Positions 52,686 to 64,000 of a stretch of DNA of 64,000 bases are shown here, one piece after another. The notes beneath the pieces were generated by a model that saw only the letters and a program-made list of their open reading frames with translations, ran no database searches and had not been told where the DNA came from. The position numbers were made by a program, and so were the translations under genes. The stretch's first letter is position 1. Each line of letters begins with the position of its first letter. Origin of the DNA: Octopus sinensis (lineage: Eukaryota); NCBI RefSeq assembly GCF_006345805.1, contig NC_042997.1, positions 14,446,001 through 14,510,000 on the forward strand. Reading direction: 5' to 3'.

Positions 52686-53097
52686 TATTTCTTTACTGCC
52701 CACAAGGGGCTACACAGAGAGGGGACAAACAAGGACAGATAAACAGATAAAGTCGATTATATCGACCCCAGTGCGTAACTGGTACTTAATTTATCGACCC
52801 CGAAAGGATGAAAGGCAAAGTCAACCTTGGCGGAATTTGAACTCAGAATGTAACAGCAGACGAAATACCTATTTCTTTACTACCCACAAGGGGCTAAACA
52901 CAGAGAGGACAAACAAGAACAGGCAAACGGATTAAGTCGATTATAACGACTCCAGTGCGTAACGGGTACTTATTTAATCGACCCCGAAAGGATGAAAGGC
53001 AAAGTCGACCTCGGTGGAATTTGAACTCAGAACATAACGGCAGACGAAAGACGGCTATGCATTTTGCCCGGCGTACTAACGATTCTGCCAGCTCGCC
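52686..53097 (-). mobile_element. SINE family C dimer
   Basis: Two bodies joined at GAAATA|GGTATTTCGTC. Confidence 0.85.
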
Positions 53098-53124
53098 AAC
53101 ATGTTCTATATCATGATGGTAGTG

Positions 53125-53955
53125 GTGGTGGTGGTGGTGGCGGCGGCCTATACCAGGTGTGTAGCCAGCCCACTTATGTGTACCTTTCTTCCATTTGCTT
53201 GTGAAAACCTGTTGAGGCAAGTGAAACCGAAATCAAATTTGATGACTGGCATCCGTGCTAGTGGACCGCTAAGAGCACCATCCAAACATGATCGTTGCCA
53301 GAGCGGCTAACTGGCTTCCGTGCCGGTGGCGCATAAAAAGTACCATTCGAGCGTGATCAATACCTATTTCTTTATTACCCACAAGGGGCTAAACACAGAG
53401 GGGACAAACAAGGACAGACATAGGTATTAAGTCGATTATATCGACCCCAGTGTGTAACTGGTACTTAATTTATCGACCCCGAAAGGATGAAAGGCAAAGT
53501 CGACCTCGGCGGAATTTGAACTCACAACGTAACGCAGACGAAATACCGCTAAGCATTTCGCCCGGCGTGCTAACGTTTCTGCCAGCTCGCTGCCTCAGCG
53601 TGATCAATACCAGCAGCACCTTACTAGCACTTAGGCCAGTGGCATGTGAAAAAACATTCGAGTGAGGTCGTTGCCAGTGCCACTGGACTGGCTCCTGTGC
53701 AGGTGGCACGTAAAAAACACCATTTGAGCATGGCCATTGCCAGTACCGCCTGACTGGCCCTCGTGCCAGTGGCACATAAAAGCACCCACTACATTCTCGG
53801 AGTGGTTGGCGTTAGGAAGGGCATCCAGCTGTAGAAACTCTGCCAGATCAAGATTTGAGCCTGGTGCAGCCATCTGGTTCACTAGTCCTCAGTCAAATCG
53901 TCCAACCCATGCTAGCATGGAAAGCAGACGTTAAACAAAGATGATGATGATGATG
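53125..53955 (+). mobile_element. E-family fragment interrupted by a SINE C monomer (53365-53596, minus)
   Basis: 15-bp TSD AGCGTGATCAATACC at 53350-53364 and 53597-53611. Confidence 0.88.
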
Positions 53956-54718
53956 TCCCTGAAATATTCAGGAAATCTATAAAAGATAATAACCATCCAA
54001 ATTGCACACAAAAGACTTCAAGACAGAAAGCATTGCTTCCAACTTGTTCATTGAACTTTTAATACTTGTTATCTGCAGATGCATTTATCACTTCTATTGT
54101 ATTGGTATTTTTTTTGTCAGGTTATTCTTATTGTTATTGATAACATGTAATTCAGTACAACCTGCTGCAAAAATCGGGCACTGGTGTAGCTTGAATGAGT
54201 GCAGCTTGGAGTGGCCCTTCAGTTGGCCACCCCAACAAAATGTACATATTGCTTATAGCAGACACAAAAGTGGTGCCACCCCCATAAAAGTGCCACCCAG
54301 AACAGACCGCTTTTCTGCTCCCCACTAGCTATGCTAGTGCAGTCAGGTGTTGGCGATCAAACTAATTATTCTACTAAGACAGCTTTGTAAGGAGGGTGGT
54401 TTCCACAGGACACCCCTGCAGGATAAAAAACAAAACCTACCGATGGCCATCCATCAGCCGAGAGTGAGTGACCCCTAGCCTTTATTTAGACATCTCTCAT
54501 GAATGAAAACTCTGATGTAACACCTGTGACTTTGTTTGCATCCAATGATGTTGAGTAGTTCTAACTGGGCAAGTACATTCTTGATTTGAGCAGTGGTTCT
54601 CAACTAGGGTCCATAGGGCCCTGGAGGTCCATATAATATTTTATTGTCAAAATATATGTGCAATAAATTGGTTATACTTCTACAATACATTAAATAAAGC
54701 TATGATTATATAAGGAAA

Positions 54719-54872
54719 TTCTGTTGTGTCTGGGGAAAGTAATTTTCTTTTTGTGCCTTATAATGTAACACACTCACTGGTAAAATTTCCACTTTTTTCT
54801 TATTTTTATTTTCCTAAAATTTTCGTTACATTTTAAGGCACAAAAAGAAAATGACTCCCCAGACACAACAGA
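54719..54872. repeat. foldback repeat, about 50-bp arms
   Basis: TTCTGTTGTGTCTGGGG..ATGTAAC and its near-exact reverse complement at about 54824-54872. Confidence 0.8.
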
Positions 54873-55036
54873 ATATGCTTCAACACACGAACTCATATAA
54901 AGAATCTTGCAAACCAAATCCAAAAAACGAAATATATAAGGAAAGCCTAATACCAATACTCAGGGTTAGACAACAAAAAAAAGAGGTTTATTTCACAAAC
55001 TTTTTAATAATCTCGATTACAACAATATACGTTTAA

Positions 55037-55257
55037 CCCTTTAGCATTTAAACCGGCCATATCCGGCCAAAAGTATTCTGCTTGTTTTATGTTAAAACTG
55101 GCCAGATGTGGTCTCTCACACCAACCCTACAATATCATTTTAAAAATTAACAGCTACTGCATCAAAATCTCATAGCTACAAGATAATGCATGATTAGTTC
55201 AAAACAATGTGAATGAAAAAGCATTAATTTTAGCAGAATAATGCGAACACTAAAGGG
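55037..55257. mobile_element. piggyBac-type MITE
   Basis: TTAA|CCCTTTAG ... CTAAAGGG|TTAA (TTAA TSD, CCC/GGG ends). Confidence 0.7.
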
Positions 55258-56212
55258 TTAAGAAACAATGTTAAATAAGTCCTTTGTTTAACTGAATGTG
55301 TATGCCAAAGTACACACGCGAGATGCAAGAAATATTTATCAGTAAGAGCACATTGAACTTTGCATCTCAAAAACTGCATTGTTTTTAAGTTTATTAGTGC
55401 AAACTAATTTACTTCTTATGCATACATCAACTGTCTCCTTATACCATACCTCAATAAAAAAAGGAATAACTGAAAAAGACATGAATTCCGCAAACTGCAG
55501 TATATACCACCCATCATGGAGAGAGTCATGAAGGAAAGCCAAAACAAAATATAAGAAACCCTTTAGTGTTGGTGTAGAAAATCTTAATGGCTGATGGCTC
55601 AATGAAAGGCATCCAGTTCATGCTGTGAATGAGTTGGTTACTTGGTTACCTTGTCGGTGCTGTTGCCATGTAAAAAGCATCCTGTACACTCTGTAAAGTG
55701 GTTGGCATTAAGAAAGGCATCCAGCCATAGAAACCATACCAAAACAGACACTGGAGCCTGGTGCAGCTTCCAACTTTACTAACTCCTATCAAACCGTCCA
55801 ATCCATACCAGCATGGAAAACAGACCATTATTGCCTTTTGTATTTCATTTTTGTATTTTGGATTTCATTATTGTTTTTTGTATTTTATATTCGTGTGGCA
55901 TCGTCCGTTTTTCTGTCCCTATTTCGTATACATTCGATCCTTCTTCCGAGAAATCTAATGCTCGTAGCTTAGTTTTTCCTTGGGGCTGGCCAGATCGGAG
56001 CGATCTCAAGATTAATCAGCCGAAATTGCTACGATGATCCGGTTCTTGACTGAAGATTGAGGGCTTCGAATGTCCCGTCCATGTTTTTTGTATCGTCTTC
56101 TAAGTGTTTTGCGTTCTTGTCCCAGTTTGTATTTTTCTACATATAATAATAATAATAATATATATATATATATATATATACTTTATTTAAAAGCAGCATA
56201 AATTTTAAAAAG

Positions 56213-56250
56213 CTGTTACTCGGAGTTTCACGTTCCCGTTTGTCGGACAG
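56213..56250 (-). ncRNA. decayed minimal hammerhead
   Basis: CTGT-CCGACAA-ACG-GGAA-CGT-GAAA-CTCCGAG-TA-ACAG. Confidence 0.55.
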
Positions 56251-56335
56251 TTTTGTTAAAATAGTTTTGTTACTCTACCTCAGGTATTTGAGTACTCTTT
56301 TTTCCACCTTGTTTCACATTTATGTGTTTACTCCG

Positions 56336-56366
<31 letters not shown>

Positions 56367-56874
56367 CTATGGTGGGCACAGTGGTGTAGCCAGTTGCTGC
56401 AACCATGGGCAAAGAAAGCACACCAGCCCAGCATTGGCAATGTGTTTGCCCAAACTGCTGACATTGGCATCCGTCAGTCTATGGTGGACAGAAGGACTGT
56501 AGACCTGTTTGTCAACAACATGCTACTGCTGCATTTAGAGGAGTTCCCCACCAAGATCAGCTGAACCCTAGCAAGATGCCGATGTCTTGCCGCACTCTGG
56601 CCAGTTCTATATGGGAACCGGTGTTAAGGAAGGATAGGAAAATATTAGACTTATAAGCCCTAAACTTCACTCAATAATTGCCCACGGGTATAGTAGTAAA
56701 GAGCGCAGGCTACTAACCCCAAGATTCCAAGTTCAATTCCATGCAGTGACCTGAACAACAACAACATTTGTTTCTTTCGCTGTCGCTAAAAAAAGTTCAT
56801 ATTCCATGAATTCGTTTTTCGTATCTCATGTTTTCGTTTTTTAATATTGTTTACATTTTGTGAGATCCTGTGCC

Positions 56875-57380
56875 CACATATGCATGCCCATTCAAAGTAC
56901 CTTGGATTCCAGAACATCCCGCTGTGCTTGAGGAGACCTATTGAGTCAAGTACATGAACATCGAAATAAATATCAATGGAAATAGTAGTTGTGATACCTA
57001 TGCAGGTGGCACATAAAAAGCACCATCCGAACGTGGCCGATGCCAGCGCCGCCTCAACTGGCTTCTGTGCCGGTGGCACATAAAAAGCACCATCCAAATG
57101 TGACCGATGCCAGCACTGCCTTGGCTGGCTTCTGTGCCAGTGGCACATTAAAAGCACCAACCGATCGTGGCCGATGCCAGACTCCCCTGGCACCTGTGCC
57201 GGTGGCACGTAAAAAGCACCCACTACACTCGCGGAGTGGTTGGTGTTAGGAAGGGCATCCAGCTGTAGAAACACTGCCAGATCAGACTGGAGCCTGGTGC
57301 AGCCCCTGGCTTCCCAGACCCCGGTCGAACCGTCCAACCCATGCTAGCACGGAAAACAGACGTTAAACGATGACGATGAT
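56875..57380 (+). mobile_element. E-family LINE 3' UTR copy with 67-bp repeats
   Basis: Colinear with 37900-38470. Confidence 0.85.
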
Positions 57381-57540
57381 ATATATATATATATGCACAC
57401 ATACATATGTATATATACATATCACCGTGATCACTGTGACCGACCAGGCTATCAGATGTTGCTACACATCGCTGGTCACAATGCGCTTCGTATTGTTTTA
57501 GCCTTCAAATGATGCCACCCCGCTGGCTAAGCGAGCAGGC

Positions 57541-57575
<35 letters not shown>

Positions 57576-57576
57576 T

Positions 57577-57608
<32 letters not shown>

Positions 57609-57676
57609 ATGTTAAATAAAGCGAGACAAAAGCCAAGGCTGCATGGAATTTTCAGGGCATTTATAAGAGAGAGTTA

Positions 57677-57723
57677 GTCTTACAGCTATTTCTGGGATAT
57701 TAGGATATCCCTTCATCAGAGAC
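57677..57723 (-). ncRNA. type I hammerhead ribozyme, near intact
   Basis: GTCT-CTGATGA-A-GGGATAT-CCTA-ATATCCC-A-GAAA-TAGCTG-TA-AGAC. Confidence 0.72.
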
Positions 57724-57794
57724 AATGTGACATGGTTAAATGGAGGGAAATATTAGAGTTCAATATAAGGAGTTATTTGGGAAAAGGAAGGAAA

Positions 57795-58193
<399 letters not shown>

Positions 58194-58587
58194 CTAGCAA
58201 TATCGCCCGGCGTTGCTCGGGTTTGTAAGGGAATAACTATATAAGCATTTTTAGAGATGTAAAGTATAATAGCCATCTCAATATGGCTAACCACAAAGGG
58301 GAGGTGTTACTGTAGCTTTTTACGTTCTGAGATTTAATAATACATTTTTAGAGAGTTACTTCTCTTATATAATAGCAAAAAATGCATTAAAAATGGGGGA
58401 AAATGATGGTAATTTTTTTTTTAAATCGTAGATTCATCGTAGACGTGGGCTAATACCCAGAAGGGCTCGATATGAATCACGACTATAAGATACTCGCTTT
58501 TGGTTACACTGCACCGCAAAATGTGGGAGTAGTTAGGAATCTAAATCGTAGGAGACACACACACAACTTCACTTTTATATATAAAGA
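58194..58587 (-). mobile_element. non-autonomous Helitron
   Basis: TC..hairpin..CTAG termini. Confidence 0.8.
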
Positions 58588-58669
58588 TATATATATATAT
58601 ATACATAAGAGTAATCACATAAATGTGAAACAAGGTGGGGAAAATAGTACTCAAATACAGGAAGTAGAG

Positions 58670-58821
58670 TAATATGCTTTATTAATAAAGCTGCGAAGAT
58701 AAAAACTTACTCAGTTTCATGTTCTTGATTGTCAGACAGTTTTGGTTACAGTCTAATGAACAGGAGCATGAAACTCTGAGTAACAGTTTTTGTGATGTCT
58801 TTGCAGCTTTATTAATAAAGT

Positions 58822-58822
<1 letters not shown>
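58670..58822. repeat. inverted pair of decayed hammerheads (58703-58740 minus, 58748-58788 plus)
   Basis: CTGT-CTGACAA..GAAA-CTGAG-TA and CTAATGA..GAAA-CTCTGAG-TA-ACAG; arms end in GCTTTATTAATAAAG. Confidence 0.6.
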
Positions 58823-58857
<35 letters not shown>

Positions 58858-59564
58858 TACATATATATAATATATATACATATACATATATATGTATTTC
58901 TTTCCTTTCCTGAGCGTCCAATAACACTATACTTGTTCCACATCCTTGCGTTGTTGTGTTTTCTCTTTGTTCATGTTTGGATTAACTATATATACAACAT
59001 ACATACACACATATATACATACATACAAAAATACATACGTACATACATACATACATACATGCATGCATACATACATATCATCCTCATCATCATTTAACAT
59101 CCATTTCTCAATGCTAGCATGAGTTAGACAGTTTGACAGGATCCATTGAGCTGCAAGGCTTTCCCAAGCATTGATGTCAGCTTTGGCATGGCTTCTATGG
59201 AGACGGAGCCCTTCCTAATGCCCATCATTTTACAGTGTCTACTGGATGCTTTTTGCGTGTATGTGTGTGTGTGTGTGTGTGTGCATGTGTGTACCACCAG
59301 TACTACTGAAGTTGACAAGTAACTTGCAAGACAGAAAAGAACAGAGAAAAACCGAAAGGAAAAAGCTCCGACTACTAAGTGTGTGTGTGTGTGTGTGGTG
59401 TGTGTGTGTGTGTGTGTGAGTATGTACATGTGTGAAGTGAGTAGTATTTGAAAGGAGGTAGCTTATGTCAGGTATTGAAAAAGCATGTACATAATCGTTA
59501 ACTTTTATGTGTTTTCCATAGTCTTTGCTTCTAGGGATACAAATCATTAACTTATCAAATGATA

Positions 59565-59954
59565 TCTTCATATATAAAAGTGAGGTTGTGTACTGTCTGT
59601 CTCCTACGATTTAGATTCCTAACTACTCCCACATTTTGCGGTGCAGTTTAACCAAAACTGGGTATCTTATAGTCATGATTCATATCAAGCCCTTATGGGT
59701 ATTAGCGCACGTCTACGATGAGTCTACGATTTAAAAAAAAAATTACCATCATTTTTTTCCATTTTAATGCATTTTTTCGCTATTATATAAGGGAAGTAAC
59801 TCTCTAAAAATGTCTACGATGAGTCAACGATTTTTAAAAAAATTTACCATAATTTTTTTTCCATTTTTTTGCTATTTTTTGGCTATAACTCTCTAAAAAT
59901 GCTTATATAGTTATTTCCCTTACAAACCCGAGCAACGCCAGGAGATACTGCTAG
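59565..59954 (+). mobile_element. non-autonomous Helitron
   Basis: A^TC..hairpin..CTAG^T; inverted homolog of 58194-58587. Confidence 0.8.
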
Positions 59955-60375
59955 TACAACATATTAAGTAAATCCAAAGATTGTGACATGAACTTCTGAT
60001 ACTGAATGAACATCACGTTCTTCTTGATGGGACTAAAAAAAGAGTATTAATTTGAACTAGAATTAGAATCATTAAAATAACATGAGCTGATCTGTTATCT
60101 TTTATTTCTTACTTGTTTCATTTGTCAGACTGTGGCCATGCTGAAGCACTGCATTGAGGAATTTCAGTCACATGAATCTACCCCAGTACTTTTTTTTTTT
60201 GTTAAGCCTGGCACGTATTCTGTCCATCACTTTTGTTGAACCGCTGAGTAACAGGGTTGTAAACAAACCAGTACCAGTTGTCGTGCTTACATGTGTTAGA
60301 CGGAATTCATTTTGGTTGATTTTTTTCCACAGCTGGATGCCTTTCCAGTTGCCAACCTTCACCTGTTTCTAGGTT

Positions 60376-60757
60376 ACTCTTTTTACTCTTTTATTTGTTT
60401 CAGTCATTTGACTGAGGCCATGCTGGAGCACTGCCTTTAGTCGAGCAAATCGACCCCAGGACTTATTCTTTGTAAGCCTAGTACTTATTCTATCAGTATC
60501 TTTTGCCGAACCGCTAAGTTACGGGGACGTAAGCACACCATCATCGGTTGTCAAGTGATGTTGGGGGGATAAACACACACATATATACATACAAACGACA
60601 GGCTTCTTTCAGTCTCCGTCTACCAAATCCACTCACAAGGCTTTGGTCAGCCTGAGGCTATAGAAGACATTTGCCCAAGGTGCCACGCAGTGGGACTGAA
60701 CCCGGAACCATGTGTTTGGTAAGCAAGCTACTTACCACATAGTCACTCCCGCGCCTA
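60376..60757 (-). mobile_element. SINE family D
   Basis: Homology to other D copies. Confidence 0.82.
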
Positions 60758-60777
60758 TGTTAGGAAATATTTCCCAC

Positions 60778-61035
60778 AGCCGGTGGCACGTAAAATGCAC
60801 CAATCCGACCGTGGCCGATGCCAGCCTCGCCTGGCACCAGTGCAGGTGGCACGTAAAAAGCACCCACTACACTCACGGAGTGGTTGGCGTTAGGAAGGGC
60901 ATCCAGCTGTAGAAACATTGCCAGATAAGACCGGAGCCTGGTGCAGCCCAGATCCCCGGTCGAACCGTCCAACCCATGCTAGCATGCTAGCATGGAGAAC
61001 GGACGTTAAACGATGATGATGATGATGATGATGAT
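60778..61035 (+). mobile_element. E-family fragment
   Basis: Homology to the E tail; (GAT)n end. Confidence 0.8.
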
Positions 61036-62127
61036 GAAAACGTGATTCTATGAAAGACAACTGGAAACGAACAACATTGCTTCTATGACAGCAGTGATGC
61101 TCATTTACAATCATGTCAAGACAAGAGTACACATACACACATATATATATCATCATCACTTAACATCCATTTTTCATGCTGGCATGGGTTGGATGATTTG
61201 ACAGGAGCTGACATTGTCCCACTCATGCCACCATGAAAGGCAGACGTTAAATGATGACGATGATGATGATGATAAGCCAGGGGGCTGCACCATATGTTTT
61301 GGCATGGTTTCTATGGCTGGATGCCCTTCCTAATGCCAACCACTTTACACAGTGTACTTTTACATGGGTGCTTTCACATGGCACAACCATGGGTTTTTTT
61401 TTATATGTGGCACCAGCAGAGGTGCTTTTCATGTGGTGCCAGCATGGTTGCTTTTTTTAGTGGCACCAGCATGAGTGGTGTGTATGATGGGCTACTTCCG
61501 GTTCTGTCTGCAAAATCCATTCACAATGTTTTAGTCAACCCAAGGCTAAATTAGAAGACACTTACTCAAGGTTCCACACAGTGGTACTGAACTGAAACCA
61601 CATGTTTAAGAAGTAAGCAGCTACACCTGTGCCTATGAATATATATTCCATGCTTAAGGATATGTGTTCCTACTAGCGACCAAATCTCTCTCAAACCATA
61701 TCCTACCATTCCCCCCAAAAACCCACAAATATACAAAGGAGAGACACATTGATAATGTAGCCCTAAATAAACTATGTCTGGAAATATGATAGGTCTCCTT
61801 TATCAAGAGCAACAAGATAAACTTTATTCAACATATAGAAAGTATTATGCCCCAAACTATTAATACAGTATAATCACAAAGGAACCATTTTCCTCCACAA
61901 TAACATGAGGCCATTTACTCAAGATAATATTTTCAACCTAAGATATCAAAGGTTATCACACTCCCCTATTGTGCTGATATTTTGTTACAAGATTTATTCT
62001 CTGTTCTTATCATTCTTTGGCTGAAGAAAAAGTAGTCTATTTTAAGAGAACTTCACTAAGAATTTATAGAAAGAAATTTACAAAAATTCTCTTATTTTTT
62101 CTGAAATCATTAAAATAGTAATATTTA

Positions 62128-62415
62128 TTTGAGCGAGGTTGTTGCCAGTGCCACTGGACTGGCTCCTGTGCAGGTGGCACATAAAAAACACCATTTGAGC
62201 ATGGTCGTTGCCAGTACTGCCTGACTGGCCCTTGTGCCAGTGGCACGTAAAAGCACCCACTACACTCTCGTTGTGGTTGGCATTAGAAAGGACATCCAGC
62301 TGTAGAAACTATGCCAGATCAGATTGGAGCCTGGTGCAGCCATCTGGTTTGCCAGTCCTCAGTCAAATCATCCAACCCATGCTAGCATGGAAAGCAGACA
62401 TTAAATGATGATGAT
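62128..62415 (+). mobile_element. E-family fragment
   Basis: Homology to the E tail. Confidence 0.8.
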
Positions 62416-62417
62416 AA

Positions 62418-62880
62418 ACGCAGCAAGCTGGCAGAAATGTTAGTACGCCAGGCGAAATGCTTAGCAGTATTTCCTGTCTTTGCGTTCTGAGTTCAAATTC
62501 TGCCGAGGTCAACTTTACCTTTCATCCTTTCAGGGTCGATAAATTAAGTACCAGTTGCATACTGGGGTCGATCTAATCGACTCCCCCCCCCACCAAAAAA
62601 TATTGGCAGCTTTGCACCTAGAGTAGAAGAGAATATTTATTTAGATAAAGACTGCAAGCTAGCAGAATCATTAGTGCTCCAGGCAAAATGCTTAGTGGCA
62701 TTTCGTACGTCTTTACATTCTGAGTTCATATTCCACCAAGGTCAGTCTTGCCGTTCAACCTTTCAGGGTCGATAAAATACGAGTTGAATGTTGGCGGGGG
62801 AGGAGTCAATGCAATCAACTTAGCCTTCCTCTGAAATTCCTGGCCTTGCACCAAAATCTGAAACCAATATTTATTAAGGT
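62418..62880 (+). mobile_element. two SINE family C copies (alternative tail)
   Basis: Homology to other C copies, CpG-decayed. Confidence 0.75.
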
Positions 62881-62977
62881 AATGTTGTCTTCTCGTTATA
62901 TAAGTATTTCTAGTGAGATTTTTTCATGTTCATTACATTAATTGTTAACACAGACTATTAACTAAGGAATTTCACAG

Positions 62978-63162
62978 GCATGGCTGTGTGGTAAGAAGCT
63001 TGCATCCCCACCACATGGTGCCAGGTTCAGTCTCATTGCGTGGCACCTTGGGCAAGTTCCAGGTTCAGTTCCACTGCGTGGCACCTTGGTTCTACTATAA
63101 CCTCGGGGCAACCAAAGCCTTGTGAGTGGATTCGATAGAAGGAAACTGAAAGCTCATCAAAT

Positions 63163-63213
<51 letters not shown>

Positions 63214-63412
63214 CTATTTGTGTGTCTGTGTTTGTACCCCTACCATCTCTTGACAACCAATGTTGGTGTTTATGTCCCCATAACTTAATGGTTTGGCAAA
63301 AGACACTGATAGAATAAGTACTAGGCTTACAAAGAATAAGTCCTGGGGTCGATTTGTCTGACTAAAGGCAGTGCTCCAGCATGGCCACAGTCAAATGATT
63401 GAAACAAGTAAA
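62978..63412 (+). mobile_element. SINE family D
   Basis: Homology to other D copies. Confidence 0.8.
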
Positions 63413-64000
63413 AGAACTAGGAAACATCCTACATGTATTTTACTGAATAAAATGTTTTATAGAATCTTTATTTCTTTTTCTTACTTTTTTTTTAATGCTG
63501 AAAATTATCAATTATATTGGCCTAAAGTAGTTATTTTAGGAGCCCCAGAAGGATGAGAGACAAACTTGGCCTCACTGGGATTTGATCTCAAAATGTAAAG
63601 GGACATAACAGAATACAGGAAGTTATTATGTTTGTACCAATTCTACCAAATCATTGTCCTTATTATTGGTTTCAAATTTTGGTACAGGACCAACAATTTT
63701 GGGGGATGGAGCAAGTCAATTATATCGACCCCAGTACTTGAGAGGTACTTCATTTTACCAACACCCACCACCACCACCACCACCAACACACACACACCAG
63801 AGTAATGAAAGGCAAAGCTAGAAGAAATGTCACTAAGATTTTGTTCCCAGTATTCTGAGTTCTGTCAGCTCACCTTAAACACTGCCCACAACATTAAGAT
63901 CTATGCAATTCATTTCCCTTAACGATGTATATATATCAATCATCATGTCATCCCTCATTGAGTGAGTTTATGATCAAAAGCATTGAAGTTGTGACCATGC

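Overview
AT-rich, microsatellite-rich animal genomic DNA. The repeat families suggest a coleoid cephalopod, probably Octopus (inference, no search run). One host gene is supported: two minus-strand coding exons (51562-50647, 42754-41211) joined by a phase-compatible GT-AG intron, giving about 819 aa with three NKRF/CARF-type dsRNA-binding domains. The rest is transposon-derived: a full-length RTE/BovB LINE with one nonsense codon nested in a SINE tetramer, a 5'-truncated RTE-like LINE with a C4HC3 PHD finger inserted in its reverse transcriptase, CR1 relics, a Penelope GIY-YIG relic, non-autonomous Helitrons, a piggyBac-type MITE and several tRNA-derived SINE families (labelled A-D here; E = LINE 3' UTR copies). 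The signal the ORF track misses is RNA-level: about 16 minimal type I hammerhead ribozyme motifs in at least 8 unrelated repeat families. Most have a palindromic helix III (dimer-dependent) and many lie in head-to-head inverted pairs. One sits in a tRNA-headed SINE-like element inserted as a TSD-flanked palindrome. All structures were read by eye; no folding or database searches were run.
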